Below are positions 1 to 8,116 of a stretch of DNA of 45,172 nucleotides, one piece after another. How positions within the stretch are numbered: position 1 is the first letter of the stretch; each line of letters opens with the position of its first letter. Made by a program: the position numbers and the translations under genes. The stretch comes from Guillardia theta CCMP2712 (taxonomy: Eukaryota > Protista > Cryptophyta), in NCBI RefSeq assembly GCF_000315625.1, contig NW_005434524.1, forward strand, positions 1-45,172, in the 5' to 3' direction. A model generated the notes under the pieces. That model was not told the origin of the DNA. It did not search any database and worked only from the letters and a program-made list of their open reading frames with translations.

Positions 1-84
1 CCTAAACCCTGCCGAAAATAACGGCGCCTGCCGAAAATAACGGCGCCTCTAAACCCTAAACCCTAAACCCTAAACCCTAAACCC
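1..84. repeat. Telomeric (CCCTAAA)n tract interrupted by two copies of a 19-bp unit GCCGAAAATAACGGCGCCT (11-48)
   Basis: Read directly: CCTAAACCCT, 2x 19-mer, then ~5 CCCTAAA units; C-rich strand on + as expected at a left chromosome end. Confidence 0.95.
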
Positions 85-272
85 TATTATTATTATTATT
101 ATGTGAGTTTATTAGAATGCTAGAATGTTGCTCGGCCTCGTTGTGGGCTTATGCAATTTGATCCTAGTCTAAAGAGGCGCTCGAGCACTGGGAGTACACG
201 GCCTACAATGCGAACCCTGCTTCTGAGGCGTCTTTCTACTCTCTACTTCTTCTGTCTTCTCTTGGCTTGCTC

Positions 273-474
273 AGCCTCAGTCAGGAGAGTTGCCTCTCCT
301 CACCTTGGCCTTCGGTCGCCACCTACTCTACCTCCATTCAGCTTCCTCAGCCTCAGTCAGGAGAGTTGCCTCTCCTCACCTTGGCCTTCGGTCGCCACCT
401 ACTCCTCCTCCATTCAGCTTAGCCTCAGTCAGGAGAGTTGCCTCTCCTCACCTTGGCCTTCGGTCGCCTCCTAC
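273..474 (-). repeat. Three 72-76 bp tandem repeats in the 3' UTR of element A, each with a GCAA-tetraloop hairpin
   Basis: AGCCTCAGTCAGGAGAGTTGCCTCTCCTCACCTTGGCCTTCGGTCGCC starts at 273, 349 and 421; the minus strand reads AGGAGAG-GCAA-CTCTCCT. Confidence 0.9.
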
Positions 475-499
475 CTTCTCTCCTTACCTTGAGCTCAGC

Positions 500-2674
500 T
501 CAAGCTCGGTACGGGCTCGCCCCGTCTTCTTCCTCGCCCTCGCCTTGCTCTTCCTCCATGTCTTCCTCTTCTTCGTCATCTTCCCTCATCTCCACTCGCA
601 GTCGGTCCTTCTTGTCCACCTTCAGCGAGCAGGCCAGCACATGCATCTCTGCGAATTTACTCAGTGCTATGAACAGGAGGCTAAGAGATCGACGCTCTAT
701 GTCGTCGCTCTCCGCCTCCTGCTCAAGCTCAGCAGCTGCCGTTGCCCGTGGCGAGAACGCGCTGCCCCTCCTTGCCTTCTTGCTCTCTCCTTGCACGCGA
801 GTCCAGCGCTTGCTCTGCAGCCACTTCCCCAGCCTCTCCTTGAGCGCGTTGCGTCCCACTCCCTGCTCCTCTGGCATCTTCGCCCACTCTCCCAGCGCCA
901 TGAACTCCAGGCTCCCCGGAGAGTAGAAGGTGTCGTGGAGGTTGCCAACGGCCTTGTCCAGGACCAGCTTGATCGGCTCGCTCGTCCCCGCCTCGTTCAA
1001 AGAAGCTGCATCTTCGATGACTGCTGACAGCTCGCTGACGAGCTGCATGTCCTCTTGGCTTGACGGAGATGCTGCCTCCATTGTGATCCTCTCCAGGTCT
1101 GTAAACTCCAGCCACTCTCCCTCGCTCTCCTCCTGTCGCTGCGCTGCGTCGCTGGTGCCCCGCTGACCAGCCGCCTCAGAGTCAGGCTCCTTGTCGAAGC
1201 CGACTGCTTCGAGCTTGGTTGCTGCGCCTTCGAGATAGAAGGGCAGCTCCTTCATCATGCGTCGAGCATCCTCCGTGGAGCCGAGGAGGATGCATAGCTT
1301 GGACCCGTTCCAGGACTTGGTGTTCAAATCCTCCTCCATGTCGATGCCTTCAACGTTGATCTCGAGCCTGTTAGCGATCTCCAACAAGACTCTCTTGACT
1401 CTTGCGATAGACGTGTTGCCGCCGTTGCACAGCCCCTCCATCTCCTTCCTCGTGAAGCGACCAGATGCCGCCGTCGACTTGATGATGATCTTGATCTCCT
1501 TGCCGTCCTTGCCGCCTGCCTTCTTCTGCATCCTTGATGCCTTCTTCAACTTATTTCTGGACACAAAGCGATCAGCTGTCAACTCGACTGCGAGCGCCTC
1601 TCTGATCTTCGGGTCCTCGCTGAACAGAGTCAGGTGTACTCCCTCCATCGCTTCGCTCTCTCGGAAAGCTCGAAATGCTGTATCATTCGCCTCTGGGCAG
1701 CTCGAGGAGACGATCCACTCCACCTCCCTCTGTCTCCAGATGACGTTGGCCCCTACAGCGATGAAGCCTTTCTGACCTAAGCCTTTGTGGACTTGCTGTC
1801 CTGGCGCCCCAGCGACCAGCATGCCTGCCAGCGGCTGGAGTTGGACCGCTGCAAGGGACTGGCGCAGCAGCTGATAGCGATAGACGGCAGCTATCTCAGC
1901 CGTTGTCATGCCGCCCAAGGTTAGCAGGTGAGTCAGCTCTGCCAAGCTGCCCCCTTTGCCCCAGGGTCCTCTCTTGGCTCGAATCTTGAAAGATCGATCG
2001 TGCACGATGCTCACATGTACAGCTGTGAACTTGCGACCATCGATCGCGAAGTCCTCTCTTCCCTGCCAGAGCTTCTCCGCTTGTGCATTGCGGAGGAAGG
2101 AAACAGTCACCGGGATCTCCTCAGCACTCGCTATCTCGGGTCTATACGGAGCCTTCCACATGATTGCTTTACTCTCTTGCACTGAGTCTACGATCAGTCC
2201 GATCTCTTCAAATTTCTTCTTCAGCTTTTCTTCATGGTTGACATACACCGAGGAGATGCCCAGGAGAGTCATGGAGATGAAGGAAGTCACCTCGTTGCCT
2301 GCTGAGGCGGTGTATGTCTCGACCTTCTCCTTCTTGGCTTCCTCAATCTGCTGCATAAACCACTCTCTGGATGCGTCACTCCATCCAGTCATCGCTTCTT
2401 GCAGAAGCTCACGTCGTGCCTGCTGACATGTCGAGCGGATGGCTTCTGCGATAGCGTCGGGGGTGCATCCCTCCACAGCCTTGCAAGCCTGGGCTGTCCT
2501 GCTGTTCGGATAACGCTTCGCGAAGCTCTTCACCCTCTCGACGAGATCAGCTTCGAGGACAGAGGCATCCACAAGTCCGCTCTGCGTGTATTGGCATGAT
2601 CTCCGATACAGCAGGTTGCGAACATTTTCATCATACTGAAGAACCATACTTAGAAAGCTATTTGAAGTATACAA
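500..2674 (-). CDS. Intronless ~715-724 aa protein of element A; putative ORF1/RNA-binding protein, no RT or endonuclease motifs
   Basis: Long uninterrupted ORF (first ATG at 2647); two weakly RRM-like stretches (IPVTVSF..FAIDGRKFTAV and KLCILLGSTEDARRMM..LEAVG); acidic C-terminus; N-terminal part conserved in the second copy. Confidence 0.75.
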   Translation of the reverse strand: MYTSNSFLSMVLQYDENVRNLLYRRSCQYTQSGLVDASVLEADLVERVKSFAKRYPNSRTAQACKAVEGCTPDAIAEAIRSTCQQARRELLQEAMTGWSDASREWFMQQIEEAKKEKVETYTASAGNEVTSFISMTLLGISSVYVNHEEKLKKKFEEIGLIVDSVQESKAIMWKAPYRPEIASAEEIPVTVSFLRNAQAEKLWQGREDFAIDGRKFTAVHVSIVHDRSFKIRAKRGPWGKGGSLAELTHLLTLGGMTTAEIAAVYRYQLLRQSLAAVQLQPLAGMLVAGAPGQQVHKGLGQKGFIAVGANVIWRQREVEWIVSSSCPEANDTAFRAFRESEAMEGVHLTLFSEDPKIREALAVELTADRFVSRNKLKKASRMQKKAGGKDGKEIKIIIKSTAASGRFTRKEMEGLCNGGNTSIARVKRVLLEIANRLEINVEGIDMEEDLNTKSWNGSKLCILLGSTEDARRMMKELPFYLEGAATKLEAVGFDKEPDSEAAGQRGTSDAAQRQEESEGEWLEFTDLERITMEAASPSSQEDMQLVSELSAVIEDAASLNEAGTSEPIKLVLDKAVGNLHDTFYSPGSLEFMALGEWAKMPEEQGVGRNALKERLGKWLQSKRWTRVQGESKKARRGSAFSPRATAAAELEQEAESDDIERRSLSLLFIALSKFAEMHVLACSLKVDKKDRLRVEMREDDEEEEDMEEEQGEGEEEDGASPYRA

Positions 2675-2739
2675 ACCTCTCGCTTGCAGCTTCCTTGGCG
2701 CCCTGGCAGCTTCCCCTACACCACGCGTGCAGCCATGGT

Positions 2740-2929
2740 GCCTGAAATAACCGGCGCTGCCTGAAATAACCGGCGCTGCCTGAAATAACCGGCGCTGCCT
2801 GAAATAACCGGCGCTGCCTGAAATAACCGGCGCTGCCTGAAATAACCGGCGCTGCCTGAAATAACCGGCGCTGCCTGAAATAACCGGCGCTGCCTGAAAT
2901 AACCGGCGCTGCCTGAAATAACCGGCGCT
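2740..2929. repeat. Ten perfect copies of 19-bp GCCTGAAATAACCGGCGCT at the 5' terminus of element A
   Basis: Direct count, units at 2740, 2759 ... 2911, no spacers. Confidence 0.97.
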
Positions 2930-2945
2930 CCTAAACCCTAAACCC
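2930..2945. repeat. Short interstitial telomeric tract separating two elements
   Basis: CCTAAACCCTAAACCC between the 19-mer array and the next (TAT)9 tail. Confidence 0.9.
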
Positions 2946-3428
2946 TATTATTATTATTATTATTATTATTATTTGAGTTTATTAGACTCCTAGTCAAGAG
3001 TTTCATAGCTAAGAACTATTGCTCTTCGCTCATCTCTCGCCTAATGATCCGTCTAAAGGGGTTCCCAACCTTGGGAGGTTGGCCCATTTTCCTATAGGCC
3101 CCTTAGGCCTGGTTGCTTCCGTATTACTTGTTTTCAGTAACGATTTCCTCCGGGCCCGTTCCAATTCCGATCCCGGTCCCTTCCTTATTTTCGCTAAGTG
3201 CCGTTGCACCTTCCTGCCCCTTCCCCCCCCAACATGCAGGTCGCCCACTGTGGCTAGGCTGTACCTGCTCCTGCTCAGCGGCTGGCTAGCCCTTCTCTTC
3301 TTCCTTTCATAGCGTTGTCGGGTCAAGGAACTTGCTGACAATTGGGATTTGTACCAGATCCAGGCATTTTCCAGTACAAAATTGTGTGTGAGTAAAAAAT
3401 CGAAGGATTGGAAGGTTTGAAAATCCAT
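2946..3428 (-). mobile_element. 3' end of a second telomere-inserted element (family B) with a basic ORF remnant (3030-3428); 5' boundary unresolved
   Basis: (TAT)9 at 2946-2972 and TGAGTTTATTAGA at 2974-2986, identical to 104-116; patchy 3' similarity to A (TGATCC..GTCTAAAG); ORF segment homologous to ~24890-25035. Confidence 0.7.
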
Positions 3429-6162
3429 TTCCAGCGCTGCACGTTCAACGGCAACCGGGGGTAATTGAGAGCTTAGATAAGTAAACAGTTGTTCCTATTG
3501 CCTTTGCATAGGATCACTTAGGCCCTTGTATAGTGGAGTAATGATTTGTACCAGAACCTGATGGGTAGGCGTGGTAGTATTTCAAATATTCGAACCCAAC
3601 GGACGCGACAGGGGGGTGGGGGGTACAGGTCTTGGTCTGGTACTGTAATGGGTACCTTTTAAAATACATTTAGCAGAGGGTGTCTCCCTCCCCATCTCCC
3701 TGCCCTCCGCACTTGCGCATCCCTATCCTTCCCTGTCCATGAGTCTCAGACTCTCGTCAGACCTTCCCTGATGACCCTCAACTTTCTTTGACGCTTCTGT
3801 CTGCCTTGTCCTTCCTCAACTTGCTGGAAATTCAAACTCTGAAACCATGCCCATGAGTTGACAAGCACTGAGTTTCTCAGTTTGAATGCGGAAGGAAAGA
3901 TGATTCATGGAATGAAACTCAGTGGTTCATATTTCAAGCTGATGGATACGAGTCGTATAGCACTGGCAAATGACTGTCATTTTACTTCTCAATGATACAG
4001 CATCAAGAACTTGCTCTCGATCCATCAGTACTTGCAAAGGGTCATTTTTCAGACAGAACTTCGAGTTCATCTTTATTTTGCGTCGATCCACACGATGACA
4101 TCTGTTTGATACACTATGTTTGATGAATAGCAAGAAAGAAAGGCTGAACTGTGCACCGCTTGACTGAATTTTCTACAATACTCTTCAATTGTGTAAGAGA
4201 GCATGTCACATGTAATCATACCAGGCAAACAAGTCACAGTATCGCTCCAAACCGCGTTGTGCTTGAAACTGAGACTCTACATGAAGATGTTATCGGACTA
4301 GTCGAATGATGTACAACTTTATGGTGATACGTGGTTTAGAACTGTTGCAAAGCGGACATGGGAATATGTAGCGGCCTAGGTGATGTTTTCAACGTACTTC
4401 AATAAAACAAAGCCAAGTTGTTGCTAACAACATCATCATTTCTCCATGAGCCTGCATGACCTGATGTACATGTTAGAGAAGTCGATGCTCATTCATCAAA
4501 AGAGTGGTTAGACAAGAAATTGGTAGATGCTTCTGCGCAGCGTTCTTGTGTATGTGGAATCGTGCACACTCACCGTCGTGTGGAAGTGTTTGCACATTCT
4601 TCTGCGCAAGTCTCATACATTGTCCTTATCATCTGGAATGGTTGACTTTCGCTGCAAGTAATATGAGCAGCGCAAAGTTGGCAAACTTATCCATATGGTT
4701 GGAATGCCGGCGATGCATTGCAGCCTGCATAGCACCTGAGCGCTTTGTTCCACTTATCGCTTGGTTCCAAACAATTGATGATATCGCAGCATGCAACTCG
4801 CATTGGCCCAAGGGTGTCAAGCGAGGAAAAGATCAGGATGATGGTAGAGCGAGAATGCAGCGAATAAGAGAAGCTGGTCAGGCTCAGTTTACTTTGTGTA
4901 AGAAAATGCCAATGCTTTGTACATGTTAGGTTACAAAGAAAGAGGCAAGATGGCTCTGGTATGAGACTCGAGAAGAAAGATATATTCAAAAGGGTATGTC
5001 CATTTTCATCTGCATGATTCAATCGGATCCAACATCCGATTAACTGCTCCTGATACCATGTCAGTCTAGTCACAACAAAGATATCAGCACCTTGAAAATT
5101 TCCAGTGCTTCGACTCGAGGTGAAGGAAATGAAATATGATTTACAATGCTATAAGGGGTATCGTTTTGTCGCTCAAAGCGTCTTGATTGTAAGTCATGAA
5201 ATAGAACACGACATGCAATCAATTTGCAAGTCATGCCTTCATGTGGTACCTCATCACTGCCATTTGATGAATGCACTGGTATTCCTTGAAACTCTTTACA
5301 TGCCTTGGCAATACTCTTGCATATTGCTCAGACCGCCCTCAAGCCCGACTCTTTGCAGCAGATTCCTATGAAACAAGTATAGATCATGCTGTCTCCGTGA
5401 CATGCTTCATGACTTCCTACTTATTGCTCATGAGAGTCAATGTCATCCATCGTACAGCGCCACTAGCGGACGGTCCGTGCGGAGTACTCCTTATTCAAGC
5501 TGCTAAAATCTATGATGATCAACCCTCTTTACATGTGTTTGCAATCACAGAGATGTTTTCAGACTGCTGCGCTCACACCAGATTCTGCAGGGATTGCCTC
5601 TGCTTGTCCTGGTCTGAGCTCTCCTGCTGCAGATGAGTCACGTCTGCGTAACATTCACTTGCTACCCTTGGATATGCAACCAGGGAAGGGAAGGGGCAAG
5701 GCTTGAGAGCTCCCTCTGATCTACAAGGGTGGTCTATGTTGGTCGGAGGCAGGGTAGGGTCCAAAACTTGACCCCATCGGAGAAGGGACTTTCACTGGGA
5801 AACAGGTGGGTCCAAAGCATCATAGTTTGAACAGGGGAGGTACCGCATAAACTATTTTGGTACAAGTTTTCCTAACAGTACTCGAATATGTACCATAAAA
5901 TTGGTACTGTTGGTACAATTATTTGCTACCAGGAAGTACCCTACCCCCTTAAACAGGTCCCAACCAATTTGAATCAGCTCCCAGCCGTCTGACCCACCCC
6001 AGACCCCAACTGCCATTTGCTATTCACATGTGTGGAAGGATACCCCCACAGAAAACTATTGGAAACCAGAGGGGTCAGTTGAGAGCGACAACGCTATGTC
6101 ATGCGGCCCATGACCATGCGCCATGGATGGTTTGCCCATGAGCCGCGCTTGCCCCCATCGGA

Positions 6163-6444
6163 CTACATCGACTCTCTTACCCTTCTTGCCGTTCATAGCG
6201 TATGTTGTACCTCCAGCAGTTGCTTGATTGCTGCTGTCTTGATGCCTTCCCATTCCGTGTCCTCCACCCTTAGCCTCCTGAAATTCTCATGCCATTCCCT
6301 CTCCATGATCGATCCTTTCACTCCTGCTATGAATGTTGCTTGTTCCACTTCATGGTCAGGTAGCAAAGCTGTGATTTCTGCTCGTAGGGGGGCATATTTC
6401 TCTTCCTTTTCCTGAAATTTCTTCTTCAGGCATTCCAGACTTGT
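6163..6444 (-). pseudogene. C-terminal restriction-like endonuclease (RLE) remnant of a non-LTR retrotransposon, 5'-truncated at telomeric repeats
   Basis: Manual translation (absent from the ORF track): TSLECLKKKFQEKEEKYAPLRAEITALLPDHEVEQATFIAGVKGSIMEREWHENFRRLRVEDTEWEGIKTAAIKQLLEVQHTL*TARRVRESM*; KxxKY..L and FIxGVxGSI match the RLE tail of R2/R4/NeSL/Dualen-type LINEs. Confidence 0.7.
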
Positions 6445-6478
6445 AACCCTAAACCCTAAACCCTAAACCCTAAACCCT
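6444..6478. repeat. Interstitial telomeric tract (~5 units)
   Basis: TAACCCTAAACCCTAAACCCTAAACCCTAAACCCT. Confidence 0.95.
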
Positions 6479-6602
6479 GTCTTACTGTACAAGATCTGTC
6501 TTACTGTACCGTTTTATTTAATTTTACAAGATCTGTCTTACTGTATTACTGTATTATATATGACCGGTACAGTAAGACAGATCTTGTAAAATTAAATAAA
6601 AC
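6479..6602. repeat. AT-rich foldback: perfect 35-bp inverted repeat (6511-6545 / 6568-6602) plus direct repeats of AAGATCTGTCTTACTGTA
   Basis: GTTTTATTTAATTTTACAAGATCTGTCTTACTGTA and its exact reverse complement, 22 nt apart. Confidence 0.9.
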
Positions 6603-6715
6603 TGATTGGTACAAACCAGGTACTCCTGTCTTAAAAGTAGTTGTAAAACTTACCCAATATATGAGAGTTTCCATAAAGTGTTGATAATAACATTAATTGC
6701 CCTCCAACCATCTCA

Positions 6716-6787
6716 TAAACCCTAAACCCTAATTCTAATAAACTCAACTACTACTACTAGGGTTTTTAGGGCTATTATTATTATTAT
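6716..6787. other. Composite junction: C-strand telomere repeats, inverted minimal element end (TCTAATAAACTCA-(ACT)4), G-strand telomere repeat, (TAT)5 tail
   Basis: TAAACCCTAAACCCTAA-T-TCTAATAAACTCA-ACTACTACTACT-AGGGTTTTTAGGG-C-TATTATTATTATTAT read directly. Confidence 0.85.
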
Positions 6788-7147
6788 CCTAGTTAGATCC
6801 CAATCCGCGATGCCGTGGCGATGTCCTAACTGCAAGGCAAGGGAGCAGCGATGAGATGCTACAACCTTCACTCTCATACTTGATTGAGATGCTTCCTTTA
6901 CTCCCGAACATCTTTTCCTCTTGATCATTCACTTGCTGGAAGCACTTTGATGGCCTCCTGACTCGAAATACTGCAGATCGATGTCGATCCTCGTACCGAT
7001 GACAGCACAAAATGCGTAATTTGAATAGCTCCTTGTTGCCGTCATCTGACTTTGCATCTCTTACGTGTTACCATGGATTGGCAATTCTTCTTGGGAAGGC
7101 GGTAAGCAATTTGTCTGTTTGAACCATGTGCTTGCTTTGAACGATTG

Positions 7148-8010
7148 GCTGACATGGTTTTCAATCTTATTGCTTCTTGCTCGGATGGACTGCTTTTGGC
7201 ATTGGATAGGCGGTAAGTGACGCTTATGAAACATGCTCTCAGGGGACGTTTGGCTAACATGTTTTTTGCAAATTCCTGGTTTTTCCTTGCTTACATGGAC
7301 TGAATTCGTCTTAATAGAATGTAAGTGTCACTCCATATATGCGGCCAGGGGACGATAGACTGACATGTATTTTGCGAATTCCTGTTTTTTCCTTGGTTGC
7401 ATGGATGAAATCGGTCTTCATAGGATGTAAGTGTCATATCATATGATGCGCTCAGGGACGATTAGACATACATTTGATTTTACGATTTCTTTTTGTGTCT
7501 GCTCGGATGGGTTGCGAATGGGGCTGGATAGGTTGTAAGTATCTTGATTAAATGATGCGGTCAGGGAACAATCGGCTGACATCTGTGTTGCAAATCTTAT
7601 CACTTTTCGCTCGGATGGATGAAACTTGGGCCCGATAGTATGTAAGTAACGATTATGAATGATGCAGGGAACGATCGGCTGACATCTGTGTTGCAAATCT
7701 TATCGCTTTTCGCTCGGATGGATGCAATGTTGCTGGATAGGCGGTAAGTGACGCTTATGAAACATGCTCTCAGGGGACGAAAGACTGACATGTATTTTGC
7801 AAATTCCTGGTTTTTCCTTGCTTACATGGATTATATTCGCCTTCATAGAATGTAAGTGTCATATCATATGATGCGCTCAGGGATCGATTGGACTGACATA
7901 TGGTTTTGCGTTTTTTCCTTTTCGCATCGGCTGGGATGTGAATTGGACTGGATAGTATGTAAGTAACAATCTTGAAAGATGCGGTCAGAGAATGATTGGC
8001 TGACATGTAT
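7148..8010. repeat. Diverged ~103-110 bp tandem repeat (~8-9 units) with ~530-bp higher-order duplication
   Basis: (G/A)CTGACAT-like anchors at 7148, 7253, 7359, 7465, 7575, 7678, 7784, 7892 and 7999; units 1 and 6 share GGATAGGCGGTAAGTGACGCTTATGAAACATGCTCTCAGGGGACG; units 2 and 7 are also close. Confidence 0.85.
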
Positions 8011-8116
8011 TTTGCAATTCGGGTCTCTGCTGGCATGCTCTGGGTTGCGGCTGTTTTTTTTCTAGTGCTGCGTTTGCTACTACGACGATCAAACTGAAGA
8101 TAAAAGGCAAGAACGC

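Larger units (their letters stand above)
85..2929 (-). mobile_element. Full-length non-autonomous telomere-inserted retroelement (family A)
   Basis: Bounded on both sides by telomeric repeats; minus-strand 3' end is TCTAATAAACTCA-C-(ATA)6 joined to GGGTTTAGGG; 5' end is 10x 19-bp repeat; single long ORF; a second diverged copy at 16681-17312 has the same 5' junction. Confidence 0.8.

Noticed and set aside
273-474. Hammerhead ribozyme / Penelope pseudo-LTR
   Set aside because: One CTGAGGA occurs on the minus strand but no matching GAAA core was found; polarity (sense = G-rich strand) is also opposite to Athena-type end-priming elements
2740-2929. CRISPR-like array
   Set aside because: Units are contiguous and identical with no spacers, there are no cas genes, and the context is eukaryotic
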